64,000 nt of DNA from Candidatus Bathyarchaeia archaeon (lineage in GTDB: Archaea > Thermoproteota > Bathyarchaeia > Bathyarchaeales > Bathycorpusculaceae), in the NCBI GenBank assembly GCA_049515895.1, contig JBEKTQ010000008.1:32001-96000 (forward strand). Reading direction: 5' to 3'. A model generated the notes under the pieces. That model saw nothing but the letters and a program-made list of their open reading frames with translations. It was not told the origin of the DNA and did not search any database. This document shows, piece after piece, positions 30,292-40,279 of this stretch. How positions within the stretch are numbered: the first letter of the stretch is position 1; each line of letters starts with the position of its first letter. The translations under genes were made by a program, and so were the position numbers.

Positions 30292-31898
30292 TCCAAATAA
30301 AGTGCGCCTCAGATTTCAAAAGTTCTGACATACCAAGACACCCTGGAGTTTACATCTTCAAAGACGAGCATGGCGAAATCCTCTACATCGGCAAGGCTAA
30401 AAACCTACGTTCCCGAGTCAAAAGCTACTTCTTAAATAAGGATCAGCCAGCAAAAACGAGACAGCTGGTTTCCAGAATCCGCGGCATCGACTGGATAATT
30501 GTAAACAACGAGGTTGAAGCTCTACTTTTGGAGAACAAGCTGGTTAAGCAGCACACGCCCAAGTACAACATTGACCTTAAAGACGCTAAAACCTTCGCTT
30601 ACATCTCTCTGACAAGGGAACCTTACCCTCGGGTGCTTACCAGCCGTAAAGTGGCACGCAAACTCGAATCGTTCGGACCTTACACCGAAGGCTTCATACG
30701 GCAAGACCTTCAACGTCTCGTCGTCCGCGTGTTTAAGCTGCGCACATGCAAAACCATGCATAAACGCGCCTGCCTGAACTATCACATACACCTCTGCACC
30801 GCCCCATGCATTGGAAAAGTCACCGCCGAAGAGTACGGCGAGCAAATCAAGCAGGCGCGATCCTTCCTGAACGGAAATTACCAGCAAACCATAAAACAAC
30901 TCAACTCCCAGATGGAACAAGCCTCCCAAGGCCAGAAATACGAAACTGCCCTTGAACTTCGCAACCAAATCGCCTCCATCAGGCTTGTCACTGAACACCA
31001 GATTGTAGACCAAGAACGGCGATTCGACCAAGACATCTTAGCCTTCAAGCAGGTCGGCGACAAAATGCTCGCTGTCCAAATGGGAGTCAGGAGAGGCGTG
31101 CTACTTGGGAAAAAACAGTTCAGCGTTGACCTGCAGCCTCAAGTTGAACAGGAATTCCTAAAGGCTTTCTATGCGAGCAATCGAATCCCACGAGAAATCC
31201 TCCTAAACAAGCCTTGCTGGCAAGAACCCGAAGAAAAGAAGGCTCTCGAAGAATTCCTATCGACAAAACGGTTAGCGCCAGTCTCTTTGATCATCCCCAG
31301 AAAAGCAAACAAACTTGCCCTAGTCCAGTTGGCAGAGAAAAACCTTGAGTCAACCTTGGAAGTTGACAGCTCACTGGTCGATCTGCAAAACGAACTTAAA
31401 CTTCCAACCCTCCCGCGGATAATCGAATGCTTTGACATCTCCAATTTGGGGCAGGAACATGTTGTTTCAGGCATGGTCAGCTTCAAAGACGCCAAACCCG
31501 ACAAGAAAAACTATCGGCGATTCAAAATCAAAACCTTCACTGGGCAGGATGACTTCGCCGCCGTCAACGAAGTTGTGGCACGAAGGTACAGGCGGTTGCT
31601 TGAAGAAAAAACCCAGCTGCCCGACTTGGTGCTTATAGACGGCGGACCCGGGCAAGTTAAAGCGGCAAAAGCGGCGCTCCAAACTGTCGGCTTAAATCTC
31701 CCGGTGATGGGGTTAGCGAAGGAGCATGAAGAAATATATTTGCCAGGAGACTCAGCGCCCAAAGTCTTCGACAAGAACAGCCGAATGATGCTTTTGCTTA
31801 GAAAGATCCGTGATGCAGCGCACGACTTCTCTCTGGGTTATAACCTGAAGCGGCGGCAAATGAAAACAAGAGAAGAATTCAAACAAGCCAAAAAGTAA
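30288..31898 (+). CDS. uvrC: Excinuclease ABC subunit C
   Basis: GIY-YIG (GVY..YIGKA), IECFDIS and DGG.GQ motifs; ends without an obvious HhH tail. Confidence 0.95.
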   Translation: MIQIKCASDFKSSDIPRHPGVYIFKDEHGEILYIGKAKNLRSRVKSYFLNKDQPAKTRQLVSRIRGIDWIIVNNEVEALLLENKLVKQHTPKYNIDLKDAKTFAYISLTREPYPRVLTSRKVARKLESFGPYTEGFIRQDLQRLVVRVFKLRTCKTMHKRACLNYHIHLCTAPCIGKVTAEEYGEQIKQARSFLNGNYQQTIKQLNSQMEQASQGQKYETALELRNQIASIRLVTEHQIVDQERRFDQDILAFKQVGDKMLAVQMGVRRGVLLGKKQFSVDLQPQVEQEFLKAFYASNRIPREILLNKPCWQEPEEKKALEEFLSTKRLAPVSLIIPRKANKLALVQLAEKNLESTLEVDSSLVDLQNELKLPTLPRIIECFDISNLGQEHVVSGMVSFKDAKPDKKNYRRFKIKTFTGQDDFAAVNEVVARRYRRLLEEKTQLPDLVLIDGGPGQVKAAKAALQTVGLNLPVMGLAKEHEEIYLPGDSAPKVFDKNSRMMLLLRKIRDAAHDFSLGYNLKRRQMKTREEFKQAKK

Positions 31899-31998
31899 AC
31901 GCGGCTTTCCCGTTTATGCAAACCGTTTTAGCGTTTGAATGCTTAAATCTATATTCTCCTTAAGACAAACTGTATCCTGCACGTTAGAGGTCAATATT

Positions 31999-32616
31999 GT
32001 GGCTGAGGAAAAGGAAAGATCGACGCCGAAATCCCGCATAGAAACTCTATCCGACTTGATTTTCGGGTTAGCCCTCTCCATAGGCGCCCTTACTTTAATT
32101 GGGCAGGCGCCAAGCAGCTTTGAGGATTTGGTTGTATCTATAGGGTATTACGCGTTTAGTTTTCTCATACTCATCAGCGTCTGGTACGGGTACACTCGCA
32201 TTATGTCAAACGTGCGCATCGAAACGCGAAGAGAAGTTGAACTAAATATTCTGCTGTTGTTCTTGGTTTCAATTGAACCCTTCCTGTTTAACGAACTTAA
32301 TTCTTCTAGCCTTCCAACACAATATGTTTCAATACTTTACGCTTTGGACTTGGGAGGATTATTTGCAATCCAAGCGCTTCTTGCCAACTCCATTTTAGCT
32401 GACAAGAAAAGACCAGAAGAGTTGCTTCGTCATTATGTAGCGGTGAGAAACTCGCAGATAGTGGGTGCAGCAATCTTCTTCATTTCAGTCCTTCCCTTCT
32501 TTTGGAGCTTAGCAATACCTATAACCAGCAAAGCAAGCATCCCCTCAAGATTCATTCTCTGGATAGCCCCCTTGTTCTTACGCTTTATCCGACGCTTGTG
32601 GGAGAAGCGCGGTTAA
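31999..32616 (+). CDS. TMEM175-family (DUF1211) potassium channel-like protein
   Basis: RIETLSDLIFGLALSI resembles the RxxxFSD signature; SF..LI.VW; about 6 TM helices. Confidence 0.75.
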   Translation: MAEEKERSTPKSRIETLSDLIFGLALSIGALTLIGQAPSSFEDLVVSIGYYAFSFLILISVWYGYTRIMSNVRIETRREVELNILLLFLVSIEPFLFNELNSSSLPTQYVSILYALDLGGLFAIQALLANSILADKKRPEELLRHYVAVRNSQIVGAAIFFISVLPFFWSLAIPITSKASIPSRFILWIAPLFLRFIRRLWEKRG

Positions 32617-32667
32617 GCTTGAACCCAAAAAACGATTTAACTCATGGACAAATAATAAGGTGGTTTT

Positions 32668-32745
32668 TGGCGGGCCCGACGGGAATTGAACCCGCGGCCT
32701 ACGGATTAAGAGTCCGCCGCTCTGGCCTGACTGAGCTACGGGCCC
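32668..32745 (-). tRNA. tRNA-Lys(CTT)
   Basis: GGGCCCG acceptor stem, anticodon loop CT-CTT-AA, GTTCAATTC T-loop, encoded CCA. Confidence 0.95.
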
Positions 32746-32872
32746 GCATGGTTTGCTTTGAAAAAAGTTTCATTGGCTAATATAGAGCTTGCGGTATCGT
32801 TGTGACTGCAACCTGATGCAATCAAAAACTAATAACTACGTTCCCCTTTTATGTTTTTATGAGCGTGTTCTT

Positions 32873-33799
32873 ATGGCGAATTCTTTGAGCAAAGTTTTTG
32901 TTCTAAAAACAACCGATCGAACCTCAGGCATCCCGGCATTGCTTAAAAAATTCAATTTAGCCGACTACTCTGGAAAAGATGTGGCTTTGAAAGCGAACTA
33001 TAACAGTGCTGACCCGTTTCCAGCGTCAACCCACCTTGACACGTTAAGAGCCTTAGTGCTTGGCTTGAAGGGCGCCGGAGTAAGCTGGATAACTTTGGCT
33101 GAACGCAGCGGCATGGGCGACACCAAACAGGTTCTGGAGGAAATGGGCGTTTTAGCCCTCGCAAAAGAAATGGGATTTAAAGCGGTTGTCTTAAACGACG
33201 TCGGCAAGCAAGATTGGGTAAAGATAGAGAAAAAGGGCAATCACTGGCTCCGTGGATTTTACATTGCTAGAGTGTTCCGTGAGGCTAGCAAAGTGGTCCA
33301 AACGTGCTGCCTAAAAACGCACAGGTTCGGCGGTCACTTCACGCTTTCATTGAAGAACTCAGTAGGCTTAGTTGCAAAAAAGGTTCCAGGCGGAATGTAC
33401 GATTACATGTGGGAGTTGCATGGTTCACCGTATCAACGCCAGATGATCGCTGAGATAAACAGCCATTACAACGTGGATTTTGTTTTGATGGATGGAATAA
33501 AAGCCTTCGTCACGGGCGGACCTGAAAGTGGAACACTGGTTGAGCCGAAGCTTTTGCTTGCTAGCCGAGACCGTGTAGCCATTGACGCCGTCGGGGTAGC
33601 TATTCTCAAAATGCACGGTGCAAAAGGCAAGGTCGGCGAAGCAGGCGTTTTCGAGCAGGACCAACTCAAGCGGGCTTCAGAGCTGGGTTTGGGAGTAAAG
33701 TCAGTTGCTGAAATAAAGTTAACGCCGTTGAATGATGAGAGCCGTGTGGATACAGAAAAGATTGAACGGTTTTTGGACTCGCGGCGCCTTATGCGTTAG
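32873..33799 (+). CDS. DUF362 domain protein
   Basis: VALKAN, STH, AERSG, LKTH, TLSLKN.VG and D.VAIDA motifs. Confidence 0.8.
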   Translation: MANSLSKVFVLKTTDRTSGIPALLKKFNLADYSGKDVALKANYNSADPFPASTHLDTLRALVLGLKGAGVSWITLAERSGMGDTKQVLEEMGVLALAKEMGFKAVVLNDVGKQDWVKIEKKGNHWLRGFYIARVFREASKVVQTCCLKTHRFGGHFTLSLKNSVGLVAKKVPGGMYDYMWELHGSPYQRQMIAEINSHYNVDFVLMDGIKAFVTGGPESGTLVEPKLLLASRDRVAIDAVGVAILKMHGAKGKVGEAGVFEQDQLKRASELGLGVKSVAEIKLTPLNDESRVDTEKIERFLDSRRLMR

Positions 33800-34475
33800 G
33801 CTTGGGTTTAGCTTTCGTAAGTATGTCTGGTTTGTCGCTTGTGATGCCGTCCACGCCTTTCTTGGCGTACAATTCGACTTCCTCGGGGTTGTTTATGGTC
33901 CAAACTACCACTTTCAGACCGTTCTCGTGAGCTTTCTCAACGTTAGCCGTATGCACGAACCGGTACAGAGCGACAAGATAGTTGGCTTTCAGATCCAGCG
34001 CCGCTTTTAGAGGATTCTTGTGTTTCGCGTAAATCAACCCCGTCTCTATGTCACCGTCTAATTCTCTGACTTTCCGGAGCGCATCTTCCAAGAAAGAAAC
34101 GACCACAACGTTCTTCTCCAAGTTCCTATCGTGCACAACCGAGAGCACCTGTTTCTCAATGCCGTCTTCCTTCAACTCCACAAAAACTTTGACCTTCTTA
34201 TCCAGAAAATCCAAAGCTTCCTCCAACGTCGGAATCTTCTCGCCACCCTCAGAGGAAAACTCCTTGATTTCCTTAAGCGTTAGCTCGCTCACCAAGCCTT
34301 CGCCGTTCGTTGTCCGCTTAACGTCTGCGTCGTGGATTACGACAAGCTGGTTATCCTTTGTTTTCCTAACGTCTAACTCGACTGCGTCTACACCGATTTC
34401 AAGCGCTTTCCTGAAACTTGCCAGTGTGTTTTCAGGCGCATAAGCTCTAGCGCCCCTGTGGCCAATACGTAACAT
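33789..34475 (-). CDS. Glycerophosphodiester phosphodiesterase
   Basis: GHRGA, PENT, ELDV, HD, WTIN and VDGITSD motifs. Confidence 0.92.
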   Translation of the reverse strand: MLRIGHRGARAYAPENTLASFRKALEIGVDAVELDVRKTKDNQLVVIHDADVKRTTNGEGLVSELTLKEIKEFSSEGGEKIPTLEEALDFLDKKVKVFVELKEDGIEKQVLSVVHDRNLEKNVVVVSFLEDALRKVRELDGDIETGLIYAKHKNPLKAALDLKANYLVALYRFVHTANVEKAHENGLKVVVWTINNPEEVELYAKKGVDGITSDKPDILTKAKPKPNA

Positions 34476-34595
34476 AATAGACTGTTTCAACAAGAAGGAA
34501 TAATATGTTTTGGCGAACAAGAGTAGAGTTCCAACCTATAGGTCGAAAGCTTAAAATCTTGATTAATCAGTGAAAAGCATGGAGCAGAGCAACCG

Positions 34596-35045
34596 ATGTC
34601 TTCTCGGCAGGAAATGGTTTTGAGTCCAATCGGATATGTTAAAACCGACGCGGTCGGCAACGATGTTAAAGATAAAACGAGAGTTTCAAAAATCATACTC
34701 AACTCCGAGTTATTAGAAGCCTTGGATGGTATTGATGGCTTTTCACATGTGTTTGTGCTTTTTTGGCTCAACGAGGTAACCAGCCAGCATCGGGCTCTAA
34801 AGTTTCATCCAAGGGGTAGAATGGATATGCCTCTTCTGGGTGTTTTCGCGCTTAGAACTAACCAACGACCAAACCCAATCGGATTAACGCTTGTTGAACT
34901 CCTAAAGGTCGAAGGCAACATCTTGACTGTTCGCGGCTTGGACGCCTATAACGGAACGCCAGTCTTGGATATCAAACCCTTCGACTCTTGGGACTGCGCC
35001 GCAAACGCAAAGGTTCCTGACTGGTGGATTAAACTAAACCAGTAA
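34596..35045 (+). CDS. trmO: tRNA m6t6A37 methyltransferase TrmO/TsaA
   Basis: PIG.V, GVFA.R..RPNPIG and D...GTPVLDIKP motifs. Confidence 0.9.
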   Translation: MSSRQEMVLSPIGYVKTDAVGNDVKDKTRVSKIILNSELLEALDGIDGFSHVFVLFWLNEVTSQHRALKFHPRGRMDMPLLGVFALRTNQRPNPIGLTLVELLKVEGNILTVRGLDAYNGTPVLDIKPFDSWDCAANAKVPDWWIKLNQ

Positions 35046-35054
35046 AAACCTAAA

Positions 35055-35561
35055 CTAAAGCAGACCTTCTATTCCATACTTTGCATCAAAAACCTTCAAA
35101 AGTTCTTTTCTAAGGTCTTCGCCCTTCAAATCTGCAGCCGCAACGCGCTCAAATTCGCTGGCAAGCTCAGAGTCCTTCCAAACATCTTTGAACCAGTTTC
35201 CAAAGTCGCCACGGTAAAAGTGGAACTCAATGGATTCAACACTGATCTGTTTGATAACTCTGTAAAACTGGTCAAGTGACTCAGCAGTAAATTCTGAAGG
35301 TCGATCGATACCGAAATAGAAGTGGAAGGCACTCTCTTTCGGAACAGGCGTGAAGACTTTAAGGGCTGCTTTTCCCTTTTGAGTTATCCCGTAGCCGCTT
35401 CCGACCTTCTGCAAAAAGCCCTCTTTAGCGAGCTCTTGGATCTGATGGATAGCCTGGTCCGGGGTCGAATTGACTTTTTGAGCAAACATAGCCAAATCCA
35501 TGCGGCTTGTGATTTCGCTCAGCGCTTTTAGAACTTTAAACTGGTCTTCTTTCAAGAGCAT
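35055..35561 (-). CDS. wHTH plus DUF5752-like domain protein
   Basis: N-terminal wHTH (Y.IT.KG); FHFY, A.SL..F and SIEFH..RGDF..W motifs. Confidence 0.65.
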   Translation of the reverse strand: MLLKEDQFKVLKALSEITSRMDLAMFAQKVNSTPDQAIHQIQELAKEGFLQKVGSGYGITQKGKAALKVFTPVPKESAFHFYFGIDRPSEFTAESLDQFYRVIKQISVESIEFHFYRGDFGNWFKDVWKDSELASEFERVAAADLKGEDLRKELLKVFDAKYGIEGLL

Positions 35562-35778
35562 CCCTACTTGACAGTATGTCGAACGGAAATTTAAACCTCT
35601 TAATCGCTCACTGCGTAAGAAAGATAAGTGTTCACATGGCTAGAGCTCATTTAAGAGCTTTCAGTCTAAGAGAAAATGAAATCAAAAGCAATAGAAAATA
35701 AAACACTATATAGATTACGCTGGGTACCCCTAAAAATCTCTACTCCTTCTTAAAGAACTAGAACAAGGAGGCAAAACC

Positions 35779-35913
35779 ATGTGCAATTTACCAATCCAAA
35801 TTCATGATGACACAGAAACAAGAATTGCTGCAAAAAAAGCGAAAACATCCAAACAAAACGATCTGGAGATTTCTATATCTCACCTAGTGACTCTGTACCC
35901 CGTAGTTAACTAG
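35779..35913 (+). CDS. Small hypothetical protein (44 aa; not in ORF track)
   Basis: AGGAGG 7 nt before ATG; MCNLPIQIHDDTETRIAAKKAKTSKQNDLEISISHLVTLYPVVN; T-run follows the stop. Confidence 0.5.
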   Translation: MCNLPIQIHDDTETRIAAKKAKTSKQNDLEISISHLVTLYPVVN

Positions 35914-36049
35914 CATGCATTCTTATTTTTTTTAGCCCTGAACATTCGTCAAACATTTTTGGTGCTATAAGCGCCGGTGAGCTTCGGCAAACAGGTTTCT
36001 GAACATGTAAGTTTTTATCCCTAAAAATCGACTTTACCTAGTGAAAAGT

Positions 36050-36376
36050 ATGAGCGATTACATCATCATATTGGTTACTGCGAAAGACAGGGAGGAAGCT
36101 GATAAGATTTCGCAGTTGCTTGTGAAGGAACGTTTGATCGCTTGCGCGAACATTGTTAATCCAGTGTCTTCGTTTTTTCATTGGGTTGGGAATATTGAGA
36201 AGGCGGAGGAGTGCTTGATTGTTATGAAGTCGCGCAGGGATTTGTTTGCCGAGGTTGTAGGGCATGTTAAGCGTTTGCATAGTTATGAGGTTCCTGAGGT
36301 TTTGGCTGTTCCGATTGTTGATGGGTCGAAGGCGTATTTGGATTGGATGAGTGTTGTGCTTAAGCCCAAGCTATAA
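36050..36376 (+). CDS. cutA: Divalent-cation tolerance protein CutA
   Basis: LIACANI, S.F.W.G and HSYEVPE motifs. Confidence 0.93.
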   Translation: MSDYIIILVTAKDREEADKISQLLVKERLIACANIVNPVSSFFHWVGNIEKAEECLIVMKSRRDLFAEVVGHVKRLHSYEVPEVLAVPIVDGSKAYLDWMSVVLKPKL

Positions 36377-36451
36377 TGTACGTTTTTGTGCAGATAAGCC
36401 TTAAATAATACATTGAAGTATGTTTCTGAACCATAGGGAGCTCAAATCTAA

Positions 36452-36499
36452 ATGAGGAATTACATTTGGCGCAGCCGCCACACAAACCAAACCAGCTAA
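36452..36499 (+). promoter_or_regulatory. Trp-containing leader [18 protein letters not shown] overlapping the trpE frame
   Basis: ATG 36452 after GGGAG (36436-36440) and TATA-like TTAAATAA (36401-36408); single TGG at 36467; stop at 36497-36499. Confidence 0.65.
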
Positions 36500-37865
36500 C
36501 CCCCTAAAAATAAAGAAAATCACCCTAAAAGAGCAACCCCTCGAAATATTCTCAAGACTCCAAAAAAAATACCGAACAGCCTATCTTTTGGAGTCAATCG
36601 AAGGACCGAAAAAGCTTGCACAGTACTCATTCATCGGGTTCGACCCAAAAATAACCATAATAGCCAAAAACGGCAAAGCCAAAATCAAAAACGAAAAAAC
36701 AGGCGAAACAACCACTGAGAAAACAAGCGACCCACTCCAAACTTTAGAACGCCTCCTCAAAGAAGAAGCGGTTCCAAACACAGAATTCCGATTTGTAGGC
36801 GGAGCAGTCGGCTACATTTCTTATGACTCCGTCCGTTACTGGGAACGCCTGCCCCAGACCAGCGTGGATGACCTCTGCTTTCCCGACTTGGAAATGGGCA
36901 TATTTGACAACGGCTTTGTTTTCAATCATGTAGAGAAACAGGCCTTTTACTATTACCGTGGCGAGAATCGGCTGACTGAAGTTGAAGGACTACTCAGGCA
37001 ACAAATCGATCCGGAGCAGTTGTGGTACACGCAACCTAAAGTAAACATTAAAAAAGAAACGTATGAAGCCGCGGTGGAAAAAGCGAAGCAATACATAACG
37101 GCAGGCGATATTTTCCAAGTTGTCCCATCAAAAAGATACCAGTTCCAAATAAAGGGTAACCTAATCCCGTTCTACCAGACGTTAAGAACCATTAACCCTT
37201 CGCCATACATGTATTACTACACTTCAGGCGAACGCCAAATTGTTGGCGCTAGTCCAGAAATGCTTGTCCGCGTCGAGAAAAGAACCGTCGAAACCTTCCC
37301 GATTGCAGGCACCCGACCTGTCGTCGAGAACCCAGACGAGAATAGTAAGTTGGTCGCTGAGTTGCTTGCCGACCCCAAGGAACGCGCCGAACACGTCATG
37401 CTTGTCGATTTGGCACGCAACGACGTCGGAAGAATCAGCAAATATGGAAGCGTCCACGTACCCGAGTTCATGCAGGTCCACCAGTACAGTCACGTGCAAC
37501 ATATAGTCTCCCGAGTAGTGGGGCACCTCAAGGACGGCCTTCAAAGCTACGATGCCTTACGCGCTGTTTTTCCAGCGGGAACAGTTTCTGGAGCTCCAAA
37601 GGTGCGAGCAATGGAAATCATCGATGAACTTGAACCAGTGAGGCGTGGGCCATACGCTGGAGCCGTTGGCTACTTCTCCTACAACGGCAACGCAGATTTT
37701 GCCATAACAATCCGAACCCTCTTCGCACAAAAGAACCAAGCGTACATTCAAGCAGGCGGTGGAATCGTGGCTGACTCAGTGCCTGAGCAGGAGTGGTTTG
37801 AAACCGAGCACAAAGCAAGGGCGCTGATGCAGGCGCTGGAGCAGGCTGGAGGCACAGGACAATGA
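36456..37865 (+). CDS. trpE: Anthranilate synthase component I (frame open from 36456; first canonical start is an internal TTG at 36588)
   Basis: [42 protein letters not shown] and GTVSGAPK motifs. Confidence 0.95.
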   Translation, partial: GITFGAAATQTKPANPLKIKKITLKEQPLEIFSRLQKKYRTAYLLESIEGPKKLAQYSFIGFDPKITIIAKNGKAKIKNEKTGETTTEKTSDPLQTLERLLKEEAVPNTEFRFVGGAVGYISYDSVRYWERLPQTSVDDLCFPDLEMGIFDNGFVFNHVEKQAFYYYRGENRLTEVEGLLRQQIDPEQLWYTQPKVNIKKETYEAAVEKAKQYITAGDIFQVVPSKRYQFQIKGNLIPFYQTLRTINPSPYMYYYTSGERQIVGASPEMLVRVEKRTVETFPIAGTRPVVENPDENSKLVAELLADPKERAEHVMLVDLARNDVGRISKYGSVHVPEFMQVHQYSHVQHIVSRVVGHLKDGLQSYDALRAVFPAGTVSGAPKVRAMEIIDELEPVRRGPYAGAVGYFSYNGNADFAITIRTLFAQKNQAYIQAGGGIVADSVPEQEWFETEHKARALMQALEQAGGTGQ

Positions 37866-38449
37866 AGGTGCTAGTAATTGACAATTACGATTCGTTTGTT
37901 TACAACCTTGTTCAGTACATCGGCGAACTAGGCGGTGAACCTGTGGTCTATAGAAACGACAAGGTAACCTTGGACCAGTTGAATGCGCTTAAATCTGACA
38001 GAATTGTGATTTCGCCAGGTCCAGGCATGCCTGAAGACGAGCGTTACTTTGGGGTCTGCACAAGAATCCTGCAAACCATGAGTCGAACAACGCCGACCTT
38101 GGGAGTGTGTCTTGGCCATCAGGGAATAATCCACGCTTACGGCGGAAAAATCATCCATGCCAAACGTCTCATGCACGGAAAAACCTGCACTATAAAGCAT
38201 GACCAAAAGGGGATCTTCGCAGATGTCCGCAACCCCTTCACTTCGATACGGTACCATTCGCTTGCTGGAGAACGCTACTCTTTGCCGTCGTGCCTGAAAA
38301 TTTCGGCAGAGTGCGTTGAAGACGGGGAAATAATGGGTGTCCGCCACGTCAAGTACCCGATTAACGGCGTCCAGTTCCACCCTGAATCAATCCTATGTGA
38401 GGACGGCAAGCTCATTATCAAGAACTTCTTGGAGGGCAATCAGCTATGA
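37862..38449 (+). CDS. trpG: Anthranilate synthase component II
   Basis: IDNYDSF, SPGPG, GVCLGHQ, RYHSL and QFHPES motifs. Confidence 0.96.
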   Translation: MKVLVIDNYDSFVYNLVQYIGELGGEPVVYRNDKVTLDQLNALKSDRIVISPGPGMPEDERYFGVCTRILQTMSRTTPTLGVCLGHQGIIHAYGGKIIHAKRLMHGKTCTIKHDQKGIFADVRNPFTSIRYHSLAGERYSLPSCLKISAECVEDGEIMGVRHVKYPINGVQFHPESILCEDGKLIIKNFLEGNQL

Positions 38450-39507
38450 TTCGGGAAGGCATTCAGAAACTCATCGAAGGCATCAGCTTAACCAGCGTCG
38501 AGTCAGGCGAAATCATGCGTGAAGTCATGTCGGGGCAGGCAACAAACTCACAAACCGCCGCGTTCTTGACCGCTCTACGGATAAAGGGTGAGGCAGTCGA
38601 AGAGCTTATCGCCTTTGCGTCAGTCATGCGTGAACAAAGCACTCAAATTCATCCCTGTGTGATGGGCCGCCTCGTGGATACCTGCGGGACGGGCGGAGAT
38701 AAAATAAAAACTTTCAACGTGAGCACGGCAGCTGCCTTCGTGATTGCTGGAGCAGGTGTTTCGGTTGCCAAGCATGGAAACAGGTCAGTGACCAGTAAAT
38801 GCGGAAGTGCCGATGTGCTGGAAAAACTTGGGTTAAACCTGTTTTCCGAGCCTAAAGTGGTCGAAGCCATGATTGAAAAGGTCGGGGTTGGCTTCATGTT
38901 TGCGCCAGCATTCCATCCAGCCATGAAGTACGCGGCTGAGACCAGACGGGAAATTGGCATCCGAACCGTATTCAACCTTCTCGGACCATTAACAAACCCC
39001 GCAAGCGCCAACGCTCAACTACTCGGTGTGTACGACCCCAAACTCACCGTTCCTCTGGCATACGCGTTGGGTCGGCTAGGATGCGAAGAAGCCATGGTTG
39101 TCCACGGGTTAGATGGTCTGGACGAGATTTCAACTGTTGGTAAGACGGCGGTTGCGTGGTTGAAGGATGGCAAAGTCACGGAACTGGAAACTTCTCCACG
39201 AGACTTTGGCGTAAAGCAGGCAAGCGTCGCCGATTTGAAGGTGTCCTCAGCTGAGGAAAGCGCGGACGCATTCTTCAGAATACTAAGCGGCAAAGTAGTA
39301 GCCGACGACTCGAAAATGGAGTTTGTGCTCGTTAACAGTGCGGCGGGAATTATCTTGGGCGGGAAAGCGGATGACTTCTTGGGCGGCATGGAGATAGCCC
39401 GCAAGTCAATAATGAGCGGCGCAGCCTACGACAGGCTAAAAAAGTTGATTGAGGCTTCGGGCGGAAACCCTTCTAAACTTGAGGAGTATGAAGCCAAGTA
39501 TGAGTGA
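38446..39507 (+). CDS. trpD: Anthranilate phosphoribosyltransferase
   Basis: DTCGTGGD, NVST, KHGNR and GLDE motifs. Confidence 0.96.
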   Translation: MIREGIQKLIEGISLTSVESGEIMREVMSGQATNSQTAAFLTALRIKGEAVEELIAFASVMREQSTQIHPCVMGRLVDTCGTGGDKIKTFNVSTAAAFVIAGAGVSVAKHGNRSVTSKCGSADVLEKLGLNLFSEPKVVEAMIEKVGVGFMFAPAFHPAMKYAAETRREIGIRTVFNLLGPLTNPASANAQLLGVYDPKLTVPLAYALGRLGCEEAMVVHGLDGLDEISTVGKTAVAWLKDGKVTELETSPRDFGVKQASVADLKVSSAEESADAFFRILSGKVVADDSKMEFVLVNSAAGIILGGKADDFLGGMEIARKSIMSGAAYDRLKKLIEASGGNPSKLEEYEAKYE

Positions 39508-40279
39508 CTACCTTGATGTATTGGCGCGTGTCGCCCAAGTAACCATTGATAGCGAATACTACGAGATGGCAAAATCCGCAGACACTATGCACCTGAGCCT
39601 GCGCAAAGCGATTTTGCAAAGCCAAAACGTGCCGGTTATAGCAGAAATCAAAGCTGCTTCCCCTTCAGCAGGGGTAATCAAGAAGGACCTTAATCCCGGC
39701 GAGGTTGCGCGAGCGATGCAGAGAGGCGGAGCGGTAGCTTTGTCAGTTTTAACTGAGCCGAAACATTTCGACGGTAGTTTGGAAGCTTTAGCCGCTGCAA
39801 GAGAAGCAGTGGAAATTCCGCTTCTAATGAAAGACATTGTTCTCAGCCCCGTGCAGGTTTATGCTGCAGGGAAAATGGGAGCCAACGCGGTCCTTCTGAT
39901 TAAGGCGCTTTTTGACCGTGGCTACTGCGAAAAAACCCTCGACGAAATGATTGATGGAGCCCACATCCTGGGGCTTGAGGTTCTGCTTGAAACCCACACT
40001 GAGGCAGAGTTTCAATCAGCTGTGAAGGCAAACGCGGATTTGATTGGAATAAATAACCGTGACCTTGCGACCTTTAAGGTAGATTTGAACGTGACAAAAA
40101 ACATTTTAGAGAAAAACGGTTCAAACGGCAAACCAGTGATAAGTGAAAGCGGAATAAAAACACCTGCCGACATACATTTCCTCCGTGAAAGCGGCGCCAG
40201 TGCTTTCCTAGTTGGATCAGCTATCATGTCAAGCAGCAACGTGGAAGGAAAAGTCAAGGAGTTTGTAGAGGCAAAATGA
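39500..40279 (+). CDS. trpC: Indole-3-glycerol-phosphate synthase
   Basis: IAEIK.ASPS, SVLTE, GINNRDL and SESG motifs. Confidence 0.95.
   Translation: MSDYLDVLARVAQVTIDSEYYEMAKSADTMHLSLRKAILQSQNVPVIAEIKAASPSAGVIKKDLNPGEVARAMQRGGAVALSVLTEPKHFDGSLEALAAAREAVEIPLLMKDIVLSPVQVYAAGKMGANAVLLIKALFDRGYCEKTLDEMIDGAHILGLEVLLETHTEAEFQSAVKANADLIGINNRDLATFKVDLNVTKNILEKNGSNGKPVISESGIKTPADIHFLRESGASAFLVGSAIMSSSNVEGKVKEFVEAK

Noticed and set aside
36374-36425. TGTAC-like sequences resembling TrpY boxes upstream of trpE
   Set aside because: Only partial matches to TGTACA and no trpY gene in the window
36470-36590. Classical transcription attenuator after the Trp leader
   Set aside because: The region is A/C-rich with no GC hairpin plus U-run
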